From assembly GCA_964035545.1 (NCBI GenBank), contig OZ037768.1:13463675-13527674 (forward strand): DNA of 64,000 nucleotides, written 5' to 3'. Source of the stretch: Bugula neritina (lineage: Eukaryota > Animalia > Bryozoa). Made by a program: the position numbers and the translations under genes. This document shows, piece by piece, positions 1-14,000 of the stretch. How positions within the stretch are numbered: position 1 is the stretch's first letter; each line of letters starts with the position of its first letter. The notes below the pieces were generated by a model. The model was not told the origin of the DNA. It did not search any database and worked only from the letters and a program-made list of their open reading frames with translations.

Positions 1-543
1 CATGCTACAGTGTGAAAACAGCACATAACTTTAGTGAGACAAATCCATATGATATACAGACCTTGAAAACAGACTTCAATGCTACACTAGAATAATATAC
101 GACTTTTGCATGCACATATATGAATAATAAAAATCCATTAGCGAGGGTTGTAAAGATCAAGAGTATTTCAAACCACTTGATTTTAAAATAAAGTTTTATG
201 CAAGATACAAGTATCAGATGTAGAAATCTTGATGATGACAGGTGATAAAATTGATATTAGCTACATTACATTGTATGATAAGGTTTTATGCCATCAAATA
301 TTTATGGAATAAAACACATGTTTAGTATACTAAGCATAATTATAGTTTATTTATACAACTTACAATTAATTACTACATGAACTTTAACCGTATATGACAC
401 TAGTTTATATATCTAGATTATATTACATTACTATAACATAAGCTACTACACACATCATTAGCATAAGTAATACATCAAACAAATAAATATATTACAATTA
501 TTATATAATTATATAGCAAATGATATTATAAAATGAATAATAC

Positions 544-2372
544 TCTTGTAATCTGTAATCCATATCTAGCTCGTCTCCTATCTGCCTCAGAGCTGTCGCT
601 ATTTCTCGAAAGTTTTCTCCAACAACTGGAGGGCCTAACAAACAAGCAGTTTAAAAGTTTTATCTTGTCATACAGCATAATGAAGAGATTAGGTAACCTG
701 AAGTATCACCCAAAAGTTAGAGAAAATATATGCAGGCCGATGTCAGACACTTTGCAATGATTGAAAAAAGATGTGATGGACTTTTAGTAAATAATGTGAA
801 GTTCAAATATCTGATTGAGCAGCACAAATAGCCAACCATTTCACCTACTCATGTTTTGTTTTCCTTCTGCTCCAATTTTACAATTATAATAAGTTTTCAG
901 TTTTATTGTGAATATAACAAAAAGTTAAAATTAAATTTACGCCTTTCTTATTCAAATTTATACAAACACTATTACATTATTAAATTTATTAGATAAGTTA
1001 GTAAGTGATTTTCCAAGTTATAGTCAAACAGACAAACGAACCAATAATTTACTAGCTTAATCATTGCATAATAGCAAAACTATTCAATTTAATGTTATTG
1101 AATTTATCAACATGTCTCTTCAAAGTACAATGGCAAAAAACTTTGCAAAAACCATAGTAAATCTTTGAATAAAACATTTTACATCCAAATAGTGGCAAAA
1201 AATCATTTGAGTGTCGTTTCATTTCAAAATTATAAAAGAAATTTCTTCCCAGTTTATAAATTTCAAATTAGTAGTACCAGTAAAATTTGCTTTAATAATG
1301 TATCAAGCTCTTCATTTAAAACAAAACCATATAATATTATATTTTAACACAAATCATTCACATGGATAGGCTATGTGACCTGCTACTATGAAAATTCACT
1401 GGTCGCTTTAGTTACTAAATCAACATTAAACAAAGATATATTCAAGGTATGGTGTCGCAGCTATAGCTTAGTGTTATTTAAATAATTGATGAGTAGATTT
1501 TAATAACTGAAACTGCAAAATAAAACAAATTGAAATGTTTTTGAAAAGATATATTGTAATTGGTTCTTGGTAATACAAAAACTGATTAGAACAGTCAAGT
1601 AATTTTAGTGGTCTATGTATATTCGAATAATTACCAGACATTTTCATACAAACTTAGTTATTTCATTGAGTTGGTATTTAGAAATAATGTGAGGTTGTCA
1701 TATAAACAGAATAGGAAGAAGACATATTAGTAGATTTTCATAAGCTGCATGCGGTCCAATAGTAAAAGTAAGCTAGAATTAGCTCTAACAATGTACCTCG
1801 TGGTGTACCAGGCTCATATAGGTCTTCCTCTCTAATTTGATCACCTAACCCATCCTGCTGTATTCGATCTTGTATAAAATGGGTCATTAAAACTCTTGCT
1901 TGATCTCCAATTCTTTGCCTGCCACTGTCAGATTCATCTGCATCCGAATAATCTACAAAATAAAAACATATATTAAAGAAACTCTAATACGTTTAGGCCT
2001 ATGTAGTGAGTAGCAGTAAAATTTCCTAAACTAACATTTATTTCAACATAGAGCAAAAAATTGTATGGTAATATTTAAAATAAAAAAATTGCAGAAACTT
2101 AAAAATAATTACTAACTATAATTTATTGAGTCCTGCTTATATAGCCACTGATTTCAAAAAATTTTAAACAGCAACATGAAGGCAGTGTATACTAATTATA
2201 AACTTATGTTAATGACACAGTTTTTAAAACTAAGTAATAGTCAGTATATAAATGGGCAAATATCTATAAATGTTCCAACTTAAAGTCTCTGGATGCAAAG
2301 GATACCTTCAGGTGCATTCCACCAAGGATTTGAACTTCTATCATTTGTTCTATCTCTGCCTCCTTCAGCCAT
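544..2372 (-). CDS. BAX: Pro-apoptotic Bcl-2 family protein, BAX-like (5' part; continues past the left edge of the window)
   Basis: Exons 2372-2306, 1952-1797 and 634-544 splice in frame to MAEGGRDRTNDRSSNPWWNAPEDYSDADESDSGRQRIGDQARVLMTHFIQDRIQQDG...ENFREIATALRQIGDELDMDYRLQ. BH3 motif LRQIGDELD and helix-1 FIQDR match BAX (LKRIGDELD, GFIQDR). No BH1 (NWGR) exon found in 1-540. Confidence 0.88.
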
Positions 2373-5109
2373 AGTTACTGCTGAATAATTACTACCATAA
2401 ACCAATACCAAGTTTATTGACTTCACTGTAAGTGCAAGGATCTCAACTTTGTTTTCAGTTCAGCGCTTTTCCTACAGTTTGATGAGAGTCAGCATGAGTC
2501 ATTAAATCCAAATTAAAGTCAGACTACAAAAAAAATAATTCAAATTAATTATGAAAGATGCAGAAAGAAAGTCAGGTTAAATTTATTAGAGCGGACAGCG
2601 TGATCATTTGCATAGGAGAACACAAAGTCAAATGGGTACCAAAAATTAGTATTACAGACTATTTCTATTAATATAATTACTATTAGTATTACTATTAGTA
2701 TTATGAGTATTACAGTATAACTAATAGTAATAGTACTAGTATAAGTATTAGATTTAGTATACTCATACTGTGCCTAGTTCAAACTTTAAGTTTAACCAGC
2801 AAATAAATTCAATGCAAATTAAACTTGCTTTTAGTTTCGATTTTTCTAAAAAAAAATACCAATTTTAAATCTAAGACAAAAATAAAAACTTAAACTTTAA
2901 AACTGAAAGTCATCCAGTTTCACATTGTGATTGCCATCGCCACTCAATCTAATCATTGTGATTGTGATACTCATAGTCATACTGATACTCATAGTCATAC
3001 TGATGGTGATGGTGATTGTCAAAGTAAGCTGAATTTAAATTTAAACTTAAGAGTTAATATTTGATTTTAGGCACAGTAACAATAAAATATAGAACACGCT
3101 AAAGTCGACAACATCAATTTGAACAGAATTAGGTACATCTACGTGCTATGACGTTTAGTTATTGTTACATTTACATAAAATTTTATAAATTAGATACTTT
3201 TGCTTTCGTTTTTATCTTTCTACCGGAAGATTGTATATGATCTCTGCTAATAAAAACACCTTATGTTCAATTAGTTTCGTCGTTGTACCACAGAGGCAGT
3301 AAGTATAAAGAAGAAATAACTCCAAAGTTGAGTACGTTTACTCAAAAGAGAAAACAACTCTATATTTTACAATGTCGCAATAATAACATTAATTTTGATC
3401 AACTATATAAAATTATTAAATAATATATGTAGGGAGCACTGTACATAATATTATAATGAAAATGTATTTTTATGCAGCTGTACGTTGTAAGCATTGAACT
3501 ATAGTTTCAGTTCAGTGGTTGTAAGTGTAAGAGTTTTTTTACAGTTATCTTCTTTATTGTATCGACAACAAATCAGTAAAAAGTTTAGTTTTGTTATTGC
3601 TACGATGTCGAAACTCGTTTTCGATGTAGCAAACCGCTTAGTAAGCCTATCGTGATATGTGCCCTTTGACCCTTGAAGTAAGCCAAGTTGGTTTCGGTTT
3701 ATGTTTGAACCTCACCTTTTTGACTAGGCACATATTTTTTAATAGCACTAGTCGTAACGAATACTTATAGCTAAAAATGTTGTTCGTTTATAAAATAAAG
3801 CACCCACTTACAAGTCCAAATTAAGCAAAAATGTATATCTTTTCGGCCAATAGTAATAACTTATAGTTATAGTAATAGTAATAGTAAGAGTAATACTTAT
3901 AAGTTATACGTATTCTCATACTGATACTGACTTATACTTATACTTATAGTTATACTAATACTAATAGTAAGAGACATGAGACTGAGTACTAATACGACTA
4001 CTAGAACTGAAATTAAAACTCTGCGTTAGTATAGACTAAGAGTGAGACTCATACTCATAGTCATATGATACTGATACTCGGTATCATAAAGATAAACTTT
4101 AAGTGATAATCATTATTATAGTGATATTGATAGTCATACTGATACTCATGATTATAGTCATAATCCATAGAACTAGGCAGAGCTTGCTAACTAACTTACT
4201 GTTTACAGTTACAGTTAGTGTTACACTAATCGTTACACTTTGTAGTTATGAAAGTGACACTGAATGTGCAATTATTTGAACCCACATTAGAGTTTTGGCA
4301 CTTATTTTTACTAGTCAAATACAATTAACATTATGGAAAAAATTAAAAGTTTCAAGCACTAATTATTATTTTAACTCTCTGAATGTCTTCTAAACCGAAC
4401 CTGTTTTATTTTTTAAATACTCTTACAATATATTAGGATGAAATATTTACCATATGTGTCAGGCAGAACTTATAATCATACTGTCTTAACCATAGGCTTA
4501 TCTTTGATCAGTCATGAATATTACTGTTACTAATAGGTTGCACCTACTTTTTATCAACAGTAACATAATATTTAAGTTGGCGTCTAGCATACTTCTCCGA
4601 CTCATGTAACCTTGGTTTAAATCACGAAAGCAAAAGTCAAAGTACTGACTACTGCTCAACATTTATAGGTTGTATTGCCTCACATGTTTTTGCAGCAATT
4701 GGTCACTTATAAAACAAAGTGATATGTTTGTATACATTTCATGTGATGATAAAATTTATATTACACTAGGTATTTAAAGACCTTAAAATTCACCTGCTGA
4801 AAGTTTCGCAAATACATGTTAGGATTTTGAGCCGAAAGAGTAGTACCATCTGTTTTCAAATAGTTTTTAAAGGTCACTCCTCAACCCAGGCTTATTATCT
4901 CACTGATATAGACACTGTACCACACATTAGTGTGGTAGACCACTATCTTGATGCCCAGGACTTTGTATTGGAATCAAAATGTCGTTTTTTCATCAAAGTA
5001 GCTTGTATTGTGGATGTTAGAACTAATAAGGTTGCTTTGCTTATTCTGTTTTTTTTTCAAGTTCACTTCATTTTTGTTTAAGGTTATCAGATCCTCGGAG
5101 ACACGAACT

Positions 5110-7375
5110 ATGGAAGCGGAAGTTGAAGGTGTTCACGAGTATCCACTCATACATGGTATTCATACTCATATTATAAAATATGGTAGTCTTGATGAGCAGA
5201 GAAGATTGGTTCTAGTCATTCCAGGTAATGCCTCATTCTACCTGGACTATATTATACAGTCTACATGCAATTATTATAACCGTGGTTGTATTTATGACTT
5301 CTTTTTTTTTTTAAAAAGTTCCAAAACTATACATAGCGTTATTTAATATTTTTTTTACGAAGATAAATTTATAGACTTTCCCATGAGCAATTGATAGTTA
5401 CCACAATTAATATTTGTTCATTTTTGATAATCTATGTATGATTAAACTTTTATAATGTACAAAAGGATGTATCGGTGGATCTTGGAAATGCATGAATATT
5501 TTCCAGGTAATCCAGGCGCAGTGGAGTTTTATGACGAGTTTATGAAGACCCTTCATGTTAGCTCCAAGTGGCCCGTGTGGGGGTTATCTCATGCTGGTCA
5601 CTCCATAGTACCGAGACGCGTGGGCTGGAAAAGTGAGTGCAATGATTCCACAACGTAGGCTTGCAGTTTAGCTGTCAAATAATCAGCAATCTAATTCAAT
5701 TTTTATACTACTTTGAAATTAGTCTCATTCCATTTTATTGTTTTAAAAATTGGTTTTTATTTTAGGCCCCGACCATTCTGTCTTTACAGTCACAGGACAG
5801 ATTGAACATAAGTTAAGTTTTATAAACAAGTTTGTTCCAGATGATGTCAAAATAGTTTTGATTGGCCATTCCATCGGTGCTCATGTTGTACTAGAAATGT
5901 TAGATATTCTTCCCAGTGAACGTGTTCTAGAAGGTGAGTATAAAGCATGTTGTTGTCGTATTGGTGTTATTTAGTTGTTATCCTCGCACTTTATATATAG
6001 AGAAAGAACATAGGCTGAATGTGGTACTGCTTAATAACTGTTATAAGTGAATCTGACAATTTGTGTATTAGAACTTATATTTTCTATAACTTTGTAGGCA
6101 TGCTTTTATTTCCAACAATAGAAAAGATGGCCCAGAGTCCACAGGGTCGTAGGCTTACTCCGTTGCTCAAGAATATGAAATGGCTGTTCATGTTGATTGC
6201 AGGTATTAAACTAAGACTTTGTAGAGTGACTGATCACTTTGCTATAATTGTATAATTTCAAGAGTGTTGACCTTGACTTTTGGTCTTTAGCAGTGTCCGC
6301 AAAAATACCAAGCTTCTTGTTTTTTGTTGGTTTTTGCCATATTTTAATGTATACAATTTTCAGACTTTTAGTTATTTTAAAGCTTTTAGGATTTCTGTCA
6401 GTTATGTAGCAATATTCTTTCTCCAGCTAACCACAAGTTGACGTCGAAAAGGTTTTATATGAAGTTTATGATGCTAATATTGGCCTTTTAGCTTACAATT
6501 TTTTTTACACTTAGTTCTACACAGAGGGGGTTCTTTTCAATTTTATTTGTAATTTATATATTTTTGCTTACAGCGTTGAACTTCGAATGTGGCATAGGAT
6601 TGAATTGATGAACTCAAGGAAACTTTAAGCTGTTACACTGTTTGTTGATTTATATAGCAGGTTCACTATCTGCTTAGTGTTCATCTACACATATTTGTAG
6701 CTTGTCTATGGCTTCTTCCCTATACTCTGAAGTGCCGTATGATAGACTACGTTTTTGACCTGAGAGGTAGAAGATTCCCTGGCACCATAGCTCCATGCAT
6801 TAAACAAGGAGCTCACAGTGCTATTGACCCATACTGCTTGTCTAATACTCTTCATATGGCTAATATAGAAATGCAAGAGGTTAGAAACTCAACACACCTT
6901 CATTATCACTTTGTGTGTTATATCTTATTGATACTGTAAATCACTGATGTTGCTTTTAAAACTACATTTTAACCACTTTCTCTGTCCATATACTGTCTAG
7001 TAGGTTTGTATTTTTATTGATAATTGCGAGAAGTTTATTTGCATGGGATAGTCACAGTGCGGATAAAGTTACAGTAGATGTGGTCACTTACTTCTTGTGT
7101 TCAAATGTTCACTACAATAATTTATTTGTTGATTATACGAATCTCAGGTGGATGAAATAAATGAAGGATTAGTTCGAAAGCATATAGACAAAACAAGGTA
7201 CTATTATGGAGCCACTGATCATTGGTGTCCCAAACAACATTATTATGACATGAAGGAGAGGTTCCCTGACCATGACAAGATTGAGCTGTGCTCTGACGGC
7301 TTCAGACATGCTTTTATTATTGATGCTAGTAGACCAATGGCAGCTAAAGTCAGTGAATGGCTCAAGTTGCTATGA
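5110..7375 (+). CDS. LDAH: Lipid droplet-associated serine hydrolase (alpha/beta hydrolase, C2orf43 family)
   Basis: Exons 5110-5224, 5507-5632, 5766-5933, 6098-6202, 6701-6879, 7148-7375 are all GT-AG and phase-consistent. Motifs: LVIPGNPG, SHAGH, nucleophile GHSIG, LLFPTIE, YYGATDHW, HAF. Confidence 0.93.
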
Positions 7376-8004
7376 GCTACTAGTGCCATAGCTCGCAGCT
7401 GACCTGGTAATGATTATTGTTCAATTATATTTTTAAAAACATTGATTATATATTGATGCTTTACCACTAGCACATGCTATGTATAGGAAATTTTTCATGA
7501 TGCTTTATTTTCAAGTTTAGACCAAATTTTTTACACTTCAATAATACTAAATCGGAGTTAGATATAACTTTTATATTTTTAGAATTTTCACAAAAATGAA
7601 TAGCAAAATATATAATATGTTGTGATATATTAAATAATACCAAATACAAGTGGAAGCACAATATTGATAGCGTGTGAAACAATAGTAACACTGGTAAGTA
7701 AAGTCTGAAGTGCATACATTCGTGATATTTACACAACTGTGATGAGTATATCTACAGGTTGTCAAATTCTTTTCAAAAAGACAGTATACTAAAATAATAA
7801 ACATTTAATTCTTGAGTATTGTATCAACTACCAAACTTTAAAATCTTTCTATTTTAATTTTAACTTTTCCTGATGCCAATCAATATTAGAAACAATAAAT
7901 ATTTTATTAATATATAATGTAAGTCTTGTATCATGTATATTGTATGTGAAATTTAATTGTGGCTTGAGTTTCCAAAGTATCCACTGATATTGCTTGTCCT
8001 TTGT

Positions 8005-11000
8005 CTTCATTGTCTTTGAGGTTTTAGTGGAGGGGTGGCGCGCACCTGTCCCCTGCGACTAGCCTTGGGTGCACTTGGCACTGAATGATTAGTCATGTGG
8101 ACAGAAACTTTTGATGTTATTTGTATTAATTCTTGTTTAGCCTACAATATTACAGTGAAAGAAAGGCAAGTTAATTCCAGTAACTTCTTTAGTAAAGAAA
8201 TTTGCTCAAAAACCATTGTTGAGCAAGAAAAGTCAAGCAGAATACAAATTTAAGGCTAAATTAATCACCTATAACTGCTAAAGACAATGCAGATCAAAAT
8301 ATTAATATAAACCAGTTGCTATTTAAATTCCTTCAGTCCATTATAAATTGTAATCGAAACCCACATTTCGAAATAATAAAATTGGACAGGCTATGTATAG
8401 CAATATTGATTAAATTCTCATTTTACCTGAGTTCTTGGCTTGTATTGGTTGACAAAGTGGTCCATGTCATTGTGGTGTGCAGCTGCTGGTCTGCTAGGTG
8501 CCATCTTGTGCTGACTTCGAGACTCTGGGGTTTGTACAGCAATACTTGAAGTGCTCGGTTTGTGTGTTGTTGACAAACGACGCTGTCTTGCTGCTAGCTC
8601 CTGTCAAAGTAATGTTACACCTGTATAACTTGTCAAGACAACTAGCGAAATTGCTCTTTATAATAACTACTTTAACTACTTAAGTTTTACCAATATAGTG
8701 TTTTTGTTAGCGTGTCTGTTTCCTCCATTTTCAGCACTCATTTCATGTAATTCTCTTCTTAATTGTTCAATGTCGTTATCCGTTTCTATCTTTATCTTTT
8801 CTAAATATTTCCTACATTAAACATAAATATTATTAAATTATAATAACATTCACCAAGAAATAATCATAGCACAAATCAACAAGATATACAGATAAAAGGT
8901 GATAAGTCAAGATGAATATCCATAAGACGGAGAGCATTGATAGATGAAACTTGAGTGAAATTTCTAATTTTGTTGATAGGAATAGATAAAATACCTGTGT
9001 ATTGAGCTTACCAAATCTATGAACACAAATAATCATAAAATGAGCTGCAGAAAATTGTCAAATACCCCATAGCTGTTTGTTAGATTAATATTGTAAAATA
9101 TTCATAGCATAGATGTAAGTATGATTAGTATGCAGTAAACCAGTATATGTTTGACCAGAGCATGCAAATATGAGTTGAATTTATTGCACGCAGATCCACA
9201 ATGGTGCAGGAGCTGTTGCTTACCTTGACACACTGTTCATGCTACCAACACCGTAGAGAAACTTATTTCACAGAAAGGTTAAAGTAGCTATTATTCATAT
9301 GTAATAAATATAAGACTACATCAAGTTGTGAATATATTAAATAGTGCTAAGTTGACTTCTCAAATAGTTTTATATGAGCCAATTTACTGTTGGAAAACAT
9401 TAGATATAAATCATTTTCTATAAGACTATGTAATATTATTATATGATACTTAAAAAAAAATCCACGACTATTCGAAAATTTTATTTGGAAAACACATGCT
9501 TGGAAAAGGGGCAAGTTGCCAATGAACAACTTGCAAATAGGCATTTTGCAAATAGACAAATGGAAAATATACATCTTGAAAATAGACAACTGGAAAATGG
9601 AGAATATTTAGCATGGCCATTTCCAGAGTGAGCCGTTCAAAATCTGGCTAAGTCCAAAAAATATATACCATTAGAAACCTAGATAATAGTTGACATGAAT
9701 TGAAGATTTCAACAGTAAATATAAACGTTGTACTATCACAAAAATGGTATTGGTTAACGAATAGTTCTAATTTTAAATTTTGAACAGCTCACTCCAAAAA
9801 TGGCCATGTTAAACATTCCCCATTTTTCAATTGTCCACTTTTGAGCTGCCTATTCTTCAATTGTCTATATACGAATAAATGTGTATTTTTAAGTTGCCCA
9901 TTGGCAATTTGTCTGTTTTAAAAGAGTGTGCTTTCCAGATGACATTTTCAAAACATTGTATCACCAATAAAAGGTATACATTATAAACAAAAATACCAGT
10001 AAAATAATTTAGAAACTTAGCACTTATGTGATAAAGCTTACTACATTGAACATTTTTACTTTTAAATCTCACACATTTTTATAAGCTTATTTGAGAAATA
10101 TTATATAGTAAACCTGCCACTAATGACAAGTTGTTCTTAGTATAATACAGTAACATAAGTTTATCATAGATAATGATTTCTAGTGTTGGCATGTCAATGG
10201 TAAGATGGGGGTAGATGCAGTAATGGAGAAATTGAGAAAATCCTGTGTTCTAGATAAAAGATGTAGCAAAAGAAGTTATGTTCTTGCAAAAATTTCAACT
10301 CGCACCCCAAACCAAAATTTAATAAAATTAAAGAACTTAGGTTATCTCAATTTCTCCACTACGGCTCTCAAGTGGTGAGATGGTAGCCCCAGACTGGCAG
10401 CACTTTCTCAAGTAGCACTTACCCTCCGGATGACTTGAGATTAGTGTTTGCAAGGTCAGCATACAGGTTCTCCTGCAGCTGCTCTATGTCGTCCAACTCA
10501 GTGGTGAGCTGCTGATGCAACTCCTCAGTGTTTGCTGCTAACTTCTGCTTTAAATATCTGTTGTTAGCAACTGCTGTATTGGCAGCAGTAGAAGAACGCT
10601 GCTTTATCGGCTGCTTTGCAGAATGTGCTCGAGATAAATGACCTTTGTCCGCTGAAGGGTGACCTAAAAAATGCAAATATAATTATGCATTCTATTTCAT
10701 AAGTTATTTTACAAAATCACATTAGCATCTAATTTACTATAACAATTATGTGAAGGTGAAGGTCAAACATATAGTGATGTCAAAGCTTATCAAGCACTGT
10801 GCATGAAACAAGGTATAAGATCTAATAGCATAGTATAGTAAACTCATCAGTGTATCTGCATAGATTTCACTGCTAATGTGAAAAATGATTATTTATGAAA
10901 ACAAAACTATAGAAGTTGTCTTCTATCATCCAAAACACGAAAACTTAGGCTAAACAAACAGCAGCAGTTACAGTGAGGTGCGACTCAGCTAATTGCATAC

Positions 11001-14000
11001 AAAACATCTGATTGGTCAATCTTACCAAACACAAGGGTTTTGCTACTAACACCTAAAAATCAGTAACTTAATATCAACTTTAGCAAGCAAAGGATTTGAA
11101 ACTATAGATATATGAACCACGCACTGAAATAAAATCATATAGTATGATATTGTGCGTAGTTTCATGTTAGGTATCTCAACTTTATTTACAAGGAGATTAG
11201 ACTAATAAAGTGGTGTGATCAATTTGCTGAACTTTGACATGTGTAAATACTACAAAGTTTTATATTACTATAGTTTTAAAGTCTTTAAAAACTTGGTAAA
11301 AAATCTAGTCATAGCAGTTAGAATCAAATTTCATCAATGCTGAGAAAAAATTTATGATTGAAATTATCTAGCAGCTAAGGTTTCACACAACAACAGGGAA
11401 AGAATAACAGGAAAAGTTGCACTAGCAGACTAGATTCTAACATCACAACTTATCTCAATCACATATAGGGATCAGCTCACTAAGTCTACACTTGACAACA
11501 CACTACAGGAAATGGAAAATTTACCCACCCATGCATCGCTGCCATATACTCGGCAGCAAGACTGTTCCAACAGGAAATTTAACAATGACTTTTTTCATAG
11601 CACAATAGAGTACATTACATAAGTTTACAAAAAGACATGAGTAGAAAATAACAATCTATAAACCCTTGTACCCCTGTACCTTCAGCCCTTGTAAGACTCC
11701 TTTTTTGCAGTGTGAAGGAAGTCCTAGATACTGTGCTATCAAACCAGTTCTATAACTAGCTAAGACTGAATGGTAAGAGCTCACTCTACACTACAAAGGT
11801 TGCTCCATGGCCTATACTATTACTAAATATACTATTAGCACATTATTTTAATTCTAACACAAAACTAAAATGAGTTTGCTGCAATATATTCAATGTCTAA
11901 ACTATTGCCACTCAAAACAGCCTAGCACAAAGGTCCCTTGAGCTCTATGAGCTCAATAACTGTAAAAGACTAGAATTCATATACATAAAACCTATCATAG
12001 CTAATCTAGAACACAAAAACTAAAAAATTGTTCAATATGGAGACGCCATGAAAATAATAAATCTAGTTGTACTGTGGAATTACATAATCAGTTGGCACAG
12101 TGTGCTATTGGCTTAGTGTGATGCCACATTAGATGGATTTCCACACTTGTTGCTGATGGAAAATCAACGCAAGTAGAAAATTTCGTTGCTTTGTGCAGAG
12201 TTCATTTGGTGAAATGCTGAACGGCTAGTGTAGAAAATGTGAATGTGATACAATTGGCTGATTACTACTTAGCGAGCCAATTTTCTCATTTTAAGTTTCT
12301 GTTTTTACTTTTTAGCGATTCAGTTTTTCCACTTTCACAGCAGTATGATGCAAAGGCTTCCACCAGATACTGCAACGCAACAGACGTAGATGTAGCTATG
12401 GAAAAATTGCTTTAGGTGAGCAGTAAAGTTAATGAAAATATCATTAGTTAATGAATTTCTGACCTGCAGACAACGCACTGTGTGTGGCAGGTAGCTTCCA
12501 CAGCATGCTAAAATTTGTCTAATGTGGCCCCACGCTTACACATAGCCTCTACACATAGCTTCTATAGTATAGTAGAACTTATCTTGCCTATGGTGGAAAA
12601 TTAGATAAAAATCTTACCCGGTTTAGTGGAGACAGTGTCAAAAGGCAATGGGTGCTGTTTAATAACATTTCCCTCCAAAGCTGAGGACATGTCCACCTGT
12701 AGCATGCACCAAGTTACAATAACTCCAAAACTGTTATCAGTTAAAACTAAAAATAGGTTATTTATAATTAGCAAGTTTTATAAAACATAATATAATAGTA
12801 TTATGTGAAACTGCTCTAACACTTAGCCTAGGGCCACACGGTGCGTATTTTCGCATGCGAAAATTGAAATCACAAGTAGCAGAGGTGTCCACTGTGCGCG
12901 TTGAGAAAACGTTCGCACTTGCGTTGAAAATGCTGAGCGACAAGTGCGAATCGTCTCTGTCATCGTCACCTAATTGGCTGGTAGCTATTCAGCGAGCCCA
13001 ATTTCTTTATTTAGTGCTACATTCCAGCAAATTGCGTTCTATTGAAAGCGAGTGCGATTTGAAAATGAAAGCTTTATTTATCACGCATCACTGACGCTAC
13101 AGTGGACACCTTTGCTAATTGTGATTTCAATTTTCGCATGCGAAAATACGCACAGTGTGGCCCTAGGCTTACATAACATCATCTATAGTTGGGAAATAAT
13201 AGTGATTTATTATAATTGTGCACACAAACAGAAAACTCTACCTACAAGGCATATGTAGCAGCCTATAGGTGTAACACACCTGGGAGCAGCCGTGGTCTAG
13301 GGGCTAGAGCATTTGCCTAGTAAGCACGAATTCATGGGTTCAAACCTCGACAAAGGTCATTGGTGATGTCAGGAAGAGCATCCAGTCATAATTGCTCCTG
13401 TGCCCCATCTGAATAAGTCCTTAGCCCGATTTAACAAAAAACCCTTTCCATCACGGGCTTTCTCACAGGGATGGCGACTATAAACTTGTGTGAGTATAGG
13501 TGTAACACACCTGCTTTATAGCCTGTTGCCTGGGATACGTCATCAGCATTCTTCTTTCAGTAGGTTTCTGTCCAGATGCATAGTTCCATGATGAAGGGTC
13601 CACAGGTCTGTTTTCAGAAATTAACTTCTGACTATCAACATAAGAGCCTTCCTGCAATATAATAACATTAGTCTGTAAGTGATACACCATGCTCTAGCAG
13701 CAGCAGCAGCAGTAGGTCAATAAGTGTGAACAAGACACTTACAGTGAGTGGATATAGAAACTTGTCCACATCAGGGTTTGTTACAGTCCTGGAATACCAA
13801 GATGGGTTGTTCTTGTGATCTTCCAGCAGTGTAGCATCTGACAGAACTTTAAAGATAAAATATTAAGTTTCAAAAGTATATAGTATTTTAACTTTGCAAG
13901 TGTTTGGTGCACTATAAAAAAGCTTTAAAATGATCATATCACAAACCTATCAGCTATATTTAACAATTATATTATCAAGTTTTTAGTCAATGTCATGTAC

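Noticed and set aside
533-760. Plus-strand 75-aa ORF
   Set aside because: Antisense to the real BAX BH3 exon.
9223-9275. Possible extra AGBL2 exon ending in AAG|GTAAGC
   Set aside because: No acceptor gives a stop-free, phase-compatible exon, and the flanking exons already join in frame.
9443-9631. ORF with pentapeptide-like periodicity ([20 protein letters not shown])
   Set aside because: By-product of the 15-bp subrepeats in an inverted-repeat element; no splice or homology support.
12758-13258. Three overlapping short ORFs
   Set aside because: They lie within a MITE and show no transposase motifs.
13283-13355. tRNA gene
   Set aside because: Has A and B boxes but no proper acceptor stem. 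It continues into a SINE body, has a TSD, and has a second related copy.
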